From: Basidiobolus meristosporus CBS 931.73
Taxonomy: Eukaryota; Fungi; Basidiobolomycota
DNA length: 64,000 nt
Assembly (NCBI GenBank): GCA_002104905.1
Contig: MCFE01000469.1
Span: 5,756-69,755 of the forward strand
Reading direction: 5' to 3'
Position 1 is the stretch's first letter. Each line of letters starts with the position of its first letter. Below, piece by piece: positions 52,427 through 63,634 of this stretch. A model generated the notes under the pieces. That model worked only from the letters and a program-made list of their open reading frames with translations, was not told the DNA's origin and ran no database searches. The position numbers and the translations under genes are program-made.

Positions 52427-53311
52427 TTACTCTTCATAATGCTCCGTACACATTTCTCTCAGTGGATGTCTTCTTGTATGAATATACTGAGCATTGATAA
52501 GTATCTTAATTATTTTACCTATTCTGCTGTTTTCTTCTGTATATGACTTTCCTCTGTATTTACCAGCCAATATGCTGAATCTCTTCAGATATCCAAATGT
52601 ATACTCTATCCTCACTCTGAAATGATTAAATATCTCATTGTAGAGCTTCTGCTTCCTGCTAAGCACATCATTCCTTGGCTTCCTATAAGCTGTAATACAT
52701 CCTAATCTCTGACAATCCTCTCCTATATAAGCTATGTCTGTCATACATTTCTCTGCTCTACTGAATTCTGGATGATACTCTACCCAGAGTTCTTTGTCAT
52801 GCCTACTTCCAGCAAATGGCCCACTAAACCAGATGATGTTACCCTCAATGTCAGACAGTGCTTGAAAGTTCACACAGTGTGCCTTGTACTTGCCAGAATA
52901 AAAGTGCCTCTGCCCTCTAGAAGGTCTGTTAATCCTGACTGGGAAGGTATCAAAAAAATTTCTTATATGGAACCTGTTGATGAACACTCTGGGATATGGA
53001 AGTCTATTGGAGCCTCTAAACTTAGTACTCCAAGCTTGCTCCAAGTCATGCATACCCTTTGCAAGGTGGTTCTCCATTGCTGTCAGCTGAGAATAAAAGC
53101 TTCTAGGACTTTTGTTGCCATGGATGGTGGGATGAAGCCTTGTAGGTCAATAGTTCTTGTAATAGCAGAGAAGCTTAACAAGGGATCTCCTTGAGTATAT
53201 TGGGGTAGATGGACCACAGTACTTGGTATAGATCTCCTCTAGTGTGTCAGAAGGAAGTCCAGTGGTAGTGATGGGATTGATGAGAAAAGATCATTTGGAT
53301 GAGTAAGTCAT
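52427..53311 (-). pseudogene. PHIS copy C transposase
   Basis: ORF 52427-53077 plus an in-frame upstream region starting MTYSS that contains stops. Confidence 0.88.
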
Positions 53312-53663
53312 ATTAAAGTTGGAAAAGATTGTGCTGAGATCATTTGAGTTGATTTGGTGCAATCAGCTTTATTTATCTGATTTTCCATGCATTATGATTA
53401 AATCTCCATCAATTGCCATGTATCTCATCATTATGGTGCAAAAATTATCTTCAAACAATGACTGAGTATTTTTATTGATGTTTTACTTACAAGTCTATAA
53501 TCAAATAGGAAATCTGCAATAGATGTGATCTGATTTGTGTCAATGCAATCTAAGATGCATCATGCATAATATATGAAAAATTCAACAATCACATTAGTTT
53601 TCATATATATTTCATATAAGACCAGGTTGATGCCAATACACCACTGTATAAGTATCCAAATCA

Positions 53664-54895
53664 GTGACTATAGTCCTTATACCCAGTCTGAACTCATCTT
53701 TAGTTCAACCCAGACAAAACCCATTCCCCAGCTCACAAGCATGGACCAGACCAGAAAAAGCAATGTTGGATCCTTTTGAGTTCTTGCCAAATGATTTCAG
53801 TATGGCCCAAGTGTCTATGATGAGCCTTCATACAGATATTTGGGCACTACCCATTAATCTAGCAGAACTAGATACCTCAGAGAGTTGACAGAGATGGAAG
53901 AACCTGAGTAGAAAGCTGTGGCATGAGTTCTACATCAAGATGCCAGCAGATGTATGTAAGAAGATATATAACAAGACAAGTATTGAAATCAAGAATGAGC
54001 TGAGAGTAAGGGGATTTGATGAGGAAGCCATGCAGGAACAATTTTGCATGCAATTTGCACAGTATGGGCCAGATGCGTCCGTTTGTGCCTCAACTTTGGG
54101 AACCAAAGAGAATTTGAATTAGTTTCTGCCTCAATTGACTAATGTATAAAATGATGTATTAGTAGAGCTAAGTGGCTTCCAAGAGCAATATACACAGGAC
54201 TCATCCAGGCAACTGTTGCAAAGTATTAGACAGAGGGTAAGTGAATACCTTGAGGAATCAGAAGGTGAGCTTCAAGAGGAGGAATACAGACCGCAAGCAA
54301 CATTGTCTAGATTGCACCAGCACACCTTGCTGGATTCCTTACCATCCCTTGCAACTTCACTGTGCCAGCGCACGTCAGTCCAAAATACGTCAACACCCTT
54401 CACAAGGGCACCCCACATTGACCCAATGCATATTGGGTCAACACGCATGCTTCAGAGCAAAACCACCAGTACCTGCCAAACTGCTCAAAAAGATACAAGT
54501 CCATTGGAGTGGGCCAAGTTGAGTCAACAAGCAGCATCACATCAAACTCAGCCAAGGGCCATGCCAGTGCATCAAGTTGTGTCTGCATGTGCCATTACAC
54601 CTGACCATCAGCAAGCTTCTTCTGGTGAACTGATGGATGATGACCCACAGGAAGTGCCTCCACCACCAGAGCCTTAGGCAAGTAAAAGAATGTGCCACCG
54701 TGTAGCACTGCAGGCCAGCTCAGTTGCATCATCTGGAGCAATTCAGCATGGCCAAGCTGCAGCATTGCACTCATCAACTAGGAGGAAAAATACCAAGAGG
54801 ATAGTCAGCAAGAAAGTAGTTTAGGTGTGCCAAGTGAATCAATACCAAATGCTTCAGTAGTAATCCCTGTGAGAGAAAAGCCTAGGAGAGGATGA
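53664..54895 (+). pseudogene. PHIS copy C ORF2
   Basis: ORFs 53664-53888, 53940-54122 and 54216-54677 are collinear with B ORF2; ends REKPRRG*. Confidence 0.8.
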
Positions 54896-55929
54896 TGCAA
54901 TTACATTGAATTGCTATTATTTGTAAAGATCCAAACAATGCATTTTTTTTTGCAATCTGCATCAAGCCATTGCAAATCAGTGATCACTAAATTTTTGATA
55001 TAAGCAATATTAAGGTTGTCTCAAATTTGAGACAGGACCCCTATAAATATACACCCTGCATATGTATACATCATCTGTGGCACCAGTGCAGCCATTTGAT
55101 CTGATATGCACCCATACAATGGATTGCATGCTAGCTATGACACCTTGTCCAATCACTAGGATCAGGGACTCACTTGCTTAATGGACAAAATGGGATATTT
55201 GAAGGCAAATCAGGTAACTTGTGTGTTGGTCAAGGAGCCAATTGGGGGCTGTAAGTTTCTGGATACTCTTGGACCAATTAACCACTGAGATACCATCCAA
55301 TTGGAGTGATGGTAACCAAAATGGTAAGTATCAGTGTAGTTTATAGTGTGATACGCATTGATTTCCATTTACATTAAAGAAACATATCCAAATACCAGAT
55401 TTTATCTACCTTAATAGCAGTATCCAATTGTGCATGTAGTGCAAACATTACAAGTGGGCACAATCATTTGTGCCATCCTCATTGTGTCAGATTGTGCCAT
55501 AGTGTGCAAGATGGTCCCTCATGGTGCAAAATTGTCCAAGAGCAATCCTGCCTACTGGTAGCTACAATATTGCACCCAATTGTTCTTAGAGACCGCAGAT
55601 TGCGCTGCACGCCCTGGCATGGTACAATGGAACAAGTCTAATATCCCTATACTGATGACCAAGTTATACATAGGGCATTTCAAGCTTAATGAGCTGATTG
55701 AGATACTGGAGAAATTTGAATGAATTGGCAATATATTACAGAGTATCCACTATCCGCAGTACTTCTCATGGGCTCCAATGAATATTCATACACATATGCA
55801 ACAATACAAATACAAAGACTGGATGAGCTGGATATGAATTCATTCAAGTGGTTTTCTGAAGCCATTCCTACCAAGAGTATATGGGAAGCATTGGGAGTCA
55901 TACGTGGACACTGTATGAATATTTATTAA

Positions 55930-58767
55930 GAAGAGGATCACCCATGCCAACTTGACACATCTACACCCCAATAAGAAGGAAGAAGCAACTGCTTCAATAA
56001 GCAATGATAACCAATAAAGGAGGTACCCAAGACCTTACAAAGGCAACAGCAATCTGTTTTGCAACTACTGCAAAAGGAAAGGACACACATCAGACTGGTG
56101 TCTTAAAAAGAGAGATTATCAGCAAAAGAAGCCTGAATATGGAAATCCTGCAACAACTGAAGATAGACTACTCATATCTGCACTAAATATGACCACAAAC
56201 AAGGATTTTTAGATGTGGTATATTGACTCTGGAGCTTCTCAACACTTTACATGCCAAAAAGAACTTCTTACCCAATATCAAGTAATTCCAATCAAGAAGG
56301 TTTTTGTGGGTGACAATAGAACACTTGATGCAGTGGGAGAAGGAACTGTGCAAGTAAGCCTTAGAAGCCATGAAGGAGGCCATACACTGACCTTCAAAGA
56401 AGTACACTATGTACCAGAAATAACCAGAACCTACTATCTGTAAGCAAGGTCACTGCAGAAGGACTCAGTTTCAGCTCTGACAACTCTGGATGCAAGATCA
56501 CTGATCAAAATGGTGCCCCTATTGCTTTGGGTATCAGAGATAAGAATTTATACAAGTTGACTTATATTCCATCATATTTGGGAGCCAATATAAGTAACTT
56601 AAGTGAAGAAACACCAATGCTATGGTACAGGAGATTTGGGCATATCAATTTTGATTATTTGCATAAAATGATCAAAGATCAGCTAATTTCTGGAGTAAAA
56701 ATTGATCCCCCAGCTAGTTTGGAGCACTGTGAAGCCTGCATATATGGTAAACAAGTCAGACAACTGTTCAAGCGCTCTGGGTTAATCAAAGCTAAGAAGA
56801 AATTAGATCTAATTCACTCAGATCTGTGTAGACCTATGCAAATATTATCCTTGTGTGGGATGTAGCATTCAATCACTTTTATTGATGATTATACATAATA
56901 CATATGGGTCTACTTCATGGGGAGAAAGGAAGAAGCTCTGCCTAAGCTCAGGGAATTTAAAGCCATGGCAGGGAGAGAAACTGGTAAAAAAATCAAGTAA
57001 ATACAATTTGACACTGATTGAATATATACCTCAAAACTCTTCACCTGCTTCTGCCAAATTCATGGGATAAAACCAGAGACTACAGTACCAAACTCCCCAC
57101 GGCAAAATGGAGTAGCAGAACATGCAGACAGATCAATAATGGATAAGGCAAGATCTATGATCCATGATCAAAAATTATCCTATGATTTTTGGGTGGAATC
57201 AGTTGCCACAGATGTATACCTTGAAAATAGGAGCTATAACAGAATACATTGTGATTCTACTCCATGTGAAGCATGGTATAGATACAGACCACGTGCAGAG
57301 CATCTTAGAATATATGGGTGCACAGCATATGCCAAGAAACTGCCAAGAAATCTGTCAAAACTTGAGCCAAAAAGTGTAAAATGCATATTGTTGTACTACT
57401 GCAATGAGAGTAAGGCATACAGACTCTACAATACCAAAGTAAAGAAGCTAATGAAGTCCAGGGATGTGTTGTTTGATGAAAAATCAAAATCTTCACAAAA
57501 TATGACATTAGATAATGACAAAATCTCATCTCAAGTCCACCAGTTTTCAGAATTGAATCAGAGCAAATAGTGAGAACTTTATCACTCCAGAGGACTCCAC
57601 AACCATGGTTCAGCCTGAAGCAGTGCCCTGGAATATCCCAGAAGTGATCATTCCATTATCAAATGCCTGGAGATCCAATTGGACAAGAAATAGCCCAAAG
57701 TACTATATCAATGAGGGTACAAACTTAGCCTATGCCTATTCAGTCCATATTGATGAACCCTAGGCTGTAAAAGATTCCTGAGATAGCCCTCAGACAATGT
57801 TTTGGAGATCTGCAATGACTGAGGAATATTAGGCCCTGATGGAAAATCAAGCTTGGGACTTCATCATATTACCAATCAATCAAAAATCAATTGGATGCAG
57901 ATGGGTCTTCAAGACAAAATATAAGGCTGATGGTACAATTGAAGGATACAAAGCAAGACTTGTGACCAAAGGATACTCTCAAACAAAAGGACTTGACCAT
58001 ACTGAGACCTTTGCACAGGTAGCCAAGTTTAATTCCATCAGATTTATATTGGCTATTGCAGCCAAATATAGATTTTATTCATCAAATGGATGTAAAAACT
58101 GCATTCTTGAATTGAGAACTTGATGAGGATGTATATATAGACTAGCCTGATGGGTTTGCTGACCAAGATAACCCCCATTTGGTCTGCAAGCTTAAAAATT
58201 CTCTATATGGTCTCCAACAATTACCAAGAGCCTGGAATTGCAAGATAGATCCTTATTTGGAATCTCTGAGTTTTCATTGGAGTAATGCTGACTATAGTAT
58301 ATGCTATAAGCCAGAAAGTCCAAGTCCAGTTCTATTAGCTCTATATATGGATGATCTTATTATAGCCACCAATAACCTAGCAGCATTGGAAGAGACTAAA
58401 TCCAGCCAATCTAAGGAGTTCAAGATGTTCAATCTAGGAGAAGTCAGTAACTACTTAAGGATTAAGTTCTCCATAGACAGAAGTACCAAGACTATTGCCC
58501 TAAGCCAATCCAAGTATATTCAAGATATACTAAAAAAGTACCAGATGGAAGACTGTGAACCAGCAGCTACCCCAATGGAGATAAACCTTAAATTGGTCAA
58601 TACTCAACCAAATCAATAGAGCTTGGCTCCATCTGAAAGCCCTGACTTTCCTTATCAATATATGGTAGGCAGTCTGATGTATATCATGCTTGGAACATGT
58701 CCAGATATCTCATATTCAGTGGGAGTTGTCAGCCAACATAATCAGAACTATGGATCTGATCAAATTG
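55930..58767 (+). mobile_element. Copia C1 internal fragment (gag knuckles, PR, INT, RT), decayed
   Basis: WYIDSGASQH, WYRRFGH, SIGCRW..KARLV and LYMDDL motifs. Confidence 0.9.
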
Positions 58768-59115
58768 TGTTGTAAGAGTCTTGGAGATATTGGAAGTGAT
58801 TGGGAGAACAAGTAGATTATGTGGTTTTCACTTAATGATTTATTGAATGTAAAAGTAGTATTTATACTTTTACCTGGTCTCAGCATTACAAACATATAGA
58901 ATAGGTTAAGGAAGGTCCTAAGAACATGTGTGCAAAGTTTGGGGCTGCTTGGACAACTTTGAGAATTTTCATGTTCTGGGTACCTGGTATTTTGGTGAAA
59001 ATATTCTAAGTAAATCCTGACAAGGAATTTGGTCAGTATTCTCTAGGATTTGAAGGTGATGATCTAAGTGACTAAGTTAGGTGAATATTTAGGTGAAATA
59101 CAAATTTTTACAACA
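58768..59115 (-). repeat. C1 LTR, complete
   Basis: TGTTGTAAGAG..TTTTACAACA; flanks AATTG and ATACC do not form a TSD. Confidence 0.9.
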
Positions 59116-59436
59116 ATACCCACCTAACTTAGTCACTTAGATCATCACCTTCAAATCCTAGAGAATTTTGACCAAGTTACTTGTTGGGATTTACTTAGAA
59201 TATTTTCACCAAAATACCGGGTACCCAGAACATGAAAATTCTCAAAGTTGTCCAAGCAGCCCCAAACTTTGCACACATGTTCTTGGGACCTTCCTTAACC
59301 TATTCTACGTGTTTGTAATGCCAAGACCAGGCAAAAGTATAAATACCACTTTTACATTCAATAAATCATTAAGTGAAAACCACATAATCTACTTGTTCTC
59401 CAAATCACTTCCAATATCTCCAAGACTCTTACAACA
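59116..59436 (+). repeat. C1 LTR lacking its first ~27 nt, in inverted orientation to 58768-59115
   Basis: Ends CTCTTACAACA followed by GGT (PBS start), then a 30-nt LTR-start remnant at 59440-59469. Confidence 0.88.
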
Positions 59437-59590
59437 GGTACTTAGTTGGAAATACAAATTTTTACAACACTCCCACTCAGCTAAATGTTCATACTGACTA
59501 GTCCTAATTTTGACCTAAGATATTCAAACTTGTCTCTAGCTAATGGTTTGGCAAATATGTCTGCATTCATTTCATCAGTAGGACAGTAAA

Positions 59591-62005
59591 CTAATCTAAG
59601 TTAAGGTTTGTCTCCATTGGGGTAGCTGCTAGCTTACAGTCTTCCATTTGGTACTTCTTTAGTATATCTTGAATATACTTGGATTGACTTAGGGTGATAG
59701 TCTTGGTACTTCTGTCTATGGAGAGCTTAATCCCTAAGTAGTAACTAAGTTCTCCTAGATCAGACATCTTGAACTCCTTAGATAGGCTGGATTTAGTCTC
59801 TTTCAATGTTTCTAGGTTATTGGCGGCTATAATAAGATCATTCACATATACAGCTAATAGAACTGGATTTGCTCTATCTGGCTTATAGTATATATTATAG
59901 TCAGCATTACCTCTTTTGAAACTCAAAGATTCCAAATAAGAATCTATCTTGCAATTTGAGGCTCTTGGTGATTGTTTGAGACCATATAGTGACTTTTAAG
60001 CTTGCAGACCAAATGGGGGTTATCTTGGTCAACAAACTCATCAGGCTGGTCCATATACATGTCCTCATCAAGCTCTCCATTCAAAAATGCAGTTTTTACA
60101 TCCATTTGATGAATAAAAAACTTATATTTTGCTGCAATAGCCAATATAAATATATTGGATTAAACTTGGCTACCAGTGCAAAGGTCTCAGTATAGTCAAG
60201 TCCTTTTATTTGAGTATATCCTTTGGCTACAAGTCTTGCTTTGTATCTTTCAACTGTACCATCAGCCTTGTATTTTGTCTTGAAGACCCATCTGCATCCA
60301 ATTGATTTTTGGTTGATTGGTAATTTGACTAAGTCCCAAGTTTGATTTTCCATCAAGGCCTGATATTCCTCAGTCATTGCAGATCTCCAAAACTTTGTCT
60401 GAGGGCTATTTAGGGCCTCTTTTACAGTCTGGGGTTCATCAACATGGACTGAATAGGCATAGGTTAAGTTTGTACCCTCATTGATATAGTAATTTGGGCT
60501 ATTTCTTGTCCAATTGGATCTCTGGGCATTTGATACTGGAATGATCACTTCTGGGATATTCCTGGGCACTGATTCTGGCGGAACCACAGTTGCAGAGTCC
60601 TCTGGAGTGAAAAAGTTTTCATTGTTTTGCTCTGATTCAGTCCTGACAATTGGTGGGCTTGAGATCAGATTTTTGTCATCATCTGATGTTATTTTTTGTG
60701 AAAATTTTGAATTTTCAAGAAACAACACATCCCTGGACTTGATCAGCTTCTTTCCTTTGGTATTGTAGAGTCTGTATGCCTTACTCTCATTGCAGTAGCA
60801 CAAAAATATGCATTTTACACTTTTTGGCTCAGATTTTGACTGATTTCTGGGCAGTTTTTTGGCATATGCTGTACACCCAAATATTCTTAGATGTTCTGCA
60901 CTTGGTCTGTATCCATACCATGCTTCAAATGGAGTAGAATCACAAAGTATTCTGTTATAACTCCTATTTTTAAGGTATACAGCTGTGGCAACTGATTCCA
61001 CCCAAAAATCATAGGATAATTTTTGATCATGGATCATAGATCTTGCCATATTGATTATTGATCTGTTAGGACGTTCTGCTACTCCATTTTTCTGTGGGGA
61101 ATATGGTACAGTAGTCTCTTGCTTTTCCCATGAATTTTGCAGAAGTGGATGAAGAGTTTTGAGGTATATTCTCCACCATTGTCAGAGCGTATTTTCTTGA
61201 TTTTTTCACCAGTTTCTCTCTCCACCATGGCTTTAAACTCACTGACCTTAGACAGAGCTTCTTCCTTTCTCTTCATGAAGTAGACCCATGTGTATCTTGT
61301 ATAATCATCAGTAAAAGTGATTAAATACTTCATCCCGCCTAAGGATAAATTATGCATAGGTCTGCACAGATCTGAGTGAATTAGATCTAATTTTTTCTTA
61401 GTTTTGATTAACCCAGAGCTCTTGAATGGTTGACTGGCTTGTTTCCCATATATGCAGGCTTCACAGTGCTCCAAATTGGCTGGGGGATCAAATTTCACTC
61501 CAGAAATTAGCTGATCTTTGATCATTTTGCGCCAATAATCAAAATTCATGCGCCCAAATCTCCTGTGCCAAAGCATTGGTGTTTCTTCACTTAAGTTGCT
61601 TATATTGGCTTCCAAATATGATGGAATATAAGTAAACTTGTATAGGTTCTGATCTTGGATACCCAAAGCAATAGGGGCACCATTTTGATCAGTGATCTTG
61701 CATCCAGAATTGTCAAAACTGAAACTGAGTCCTTCTGCTGTGGCCTTGCTTACAGAGAGTAGGTTCTTGGCTATTTCTGGTACATAGAGTACTTCTTTAA
61801 AGGTCAGTGTATGGCTTCCTTCACTGCTTCTAAGGTTTACTTGGATAGTTCCTTCTCCCACTGCATCAAGTGTTCTATTGTTACCCATGAAAACCTTCTT
61901 AATTGGAATTTCTTGATATTGGGTAAAAAGTTCTTTTTGGTGTGCAAAGTGTTGAGAAGCTCCAGAGTCAATATACCACATCTGAGAATCCTTGTCTGTG
62001 GTCAT
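59591..62005 (-). pseudogene. pol: Copia pol (PR, INT, RT), few lesions
   Basis: ORFs 61079-62005 (WYIDSGAS, IRSDNGGEY), 60096-61049, 59944-60144 and 59591-59935. Confidence 0.93.
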
Positions 62006-62179
62006 ATCTAGTGCAGATATGAATAGTTTATCTTCAGTTGTTGCAGCATTTCCATATTCAGGCTTCTTTTGCTAATAATCTCTCTTTGTGAGACACTGGT
62101 CTGATGTGTTTCCTTTCCTTTTGCAGTAGTTGCAAAATAGGTTGCTGTTGCCTTTGTAGGGTCTTGGGTACCTTCTTTG

Positions 62180-62528
62180 TGTTGTAAGAGTCTTGGAGAT
62201 ATTGGAAGTGATTTGGAGAACAAGTAGATTATGTGGTTTTCACTTAATGATTTATTGAATGTAAAAGTAGTATTTATACTTTTGCCTGGTCTTGGCATTA
62301 CAAACACGTAGAATAGGTTAAGGAAGGTCCCAAGAACATGTGTGCAAAGTTTGGGGCTGTTTGGACAACTTTGAGAATTTTCATGTTCTGGGTACCTGTT
62401 ATTTTGGTGAAAATATTCTAAGTAAATCCCGACAAGGAATTTGGTCAGTATTCTCTAGGACTTGAAGGTAATGATCTAAGTGACTAAGCTCGGTGAATAT
62501 TTAGGTGGAAATACAAATTTTTAAAACA
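62180..62528 (-). mobile_element. Solo C1 LTR inside the gag of a C1 element
   Basis: TSD CTTTG at 62175-62179 and 62529-62533; uninterrupted site visible near 14660. Confidence 0.93.
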
Positions 62529-63603
62529 CTTTGTTGGCTATCATTGCTTATTAAAGCATTTTCTTCTTCCTTCTTATTGGTGCTTGATTTTCTTTATTCT
62601 TCATCCAGGAGCCTTCCATATATGTAATTTAAGGTCAAATCTTCAGTTCTGGACTCTAGGGCTGATACAAGGCCCTGAAACTTGTCTGTCAGGCTATTCA
62701 GGTTGGTAATTATTACATCCTCATCAATAGTTGGTACGCCCACAGATTCCATCTCATCTACCAGCAGGGTTATTCTATTAATTAGATTTTTCATTTCTTC
62801 TCCTGACAGCATCTTTGTAGTCAAGAATTTTGTCTCAGATGCATTTTCTTGGCAGCTGAACATGACTGGTAGGTGTCTTCCAATGCTTTCCAGGCATTCT
62901 TTGCCGTTTTTGCTCTTGAGCATTGAATTAGCAATTTGTCCTTGACATTAAGGCAAATGCAGTTAAAGGCACTTTGTTCTTTCTTCTGGTACTTTAAGGC
63001 TTCCTCTCCCACATTTTTAGGAGGGTATTCTTTTCCCATGACAATATCCCAAAGGCCTCTTTCTTGTAGCAGCATCTTCATCTTCACCTTCCACACTTGG
63101 TAGTTAGATCCATCCAACTTTTCAGCAGAGGGAAAAATTCCAGTAATGGAAGTAGTGGACATTGCAGAGAGTGACAGCTTGGGGCTCAAAACCTGTTGTA
63201 AGAGTCTTGGAGATATTGGAAGTGATTGGGACAACAAGTAGATTATGTGGTTTTTGTTGTAAAAGTTTGTATTTCCACCTAAATATTCACCTAACTTCGT
63301 CACTTAGATCATCACCTTCAAATCCTAGAGAATACTGACCAAATTCCTTGTCGGGATTTACTTAGAATATTTTCACCAAAATACCAGGTACCCAGAACAT
63401 GAAAATTCTCAAAGTTGTCCAAACAGCCCCAAACTTTGCACACATGTTCTTGGGACCTTCCTTAACCTATTCTACGTGTTTGTAATGCCAAGACCATGTA
63501 AAAGTATAAATACTACTTTTACATTCAATAAATAATTAAGTGAAAACCACATAATCTACTTGTTCTCCCAATCACTTCTAATATCTCCAAGACTCTTACA
63601 ACA

Positions 63604-63617
63604 GGTTATGAGCCCTG
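63604..63617 (+). promoter_or_regulatory. PBS complementary to the anticodon arm of initiator tRNA-Met (half-tRNA priming)
   Basis: GGTTATGAGCCCTG immediately after the LTR is the complement of CAGGGCUCAUAACC (yeast-type tRNAiMet), as for Ty5. Confidence 0.85.
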
Positions 63618-63634
63618 AGCTGTCACTCTCTGCA

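Larger units (their letters stand above)
52254..55639 (-). mobile_element. PHIS-type DNA transposon copy C, full length 3386 bp
   Basis: TIRs AGACTTGTTC/GGAACAAGTCT; TSD AAT at 52251-52253 and 55640-55642; inverted relative to copy B. Confidence 0.93.
43544..55925 (+). mobile_element. Element X copy 5: CMC/EnSpm-like DNA transposon carrying four nested insertions; right end lost
   Basis: CCCTATGAAAAATTG terminus; accessory ORF (-) and Transposase_21-type ORF (+) are contiguous once the four TSD-flanked inserts are removed. Confidence 0.8.
50374..55925 (+). pseudogene. X Transposase_21 (EnSpm/CACTA TnpD-like) gene; pieces 50374-50649, 50999-52253, 55643-55925
   Basis: TCVNNC, CPNC, MFDGKYY, LALDGF, SCWPLILIILNL, VSGPKSP, IGDTPA and AMHLLFNN motifs, then YKYKDW..LP..Y..HW after PHIS copy C. 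Confidence 0.88.
59440..63254 (-). mobile_element. Copia C1 element, relatively young; RT-C/RH deleted; solo LTR in gag; 5' LTR interrupted
   Basis: PPT at 59470-59478; pol ORFs 59591-62005; gag ATG at 63162; PBS GGTTTTGAGCCC at ~63181-63193; U5 at 63194-63254. Confidence 0.9.

Noticed and set aside
59168-59497. Recurrent 'MEYFHQ../MFVMPRPGKS..' ORFs (also 11309-11563, 62008-62307 and the starts of 50871 and 62821)
   Set aside because: They are incidental open frames within the C1 LTR and recur only because the LTR recurs.
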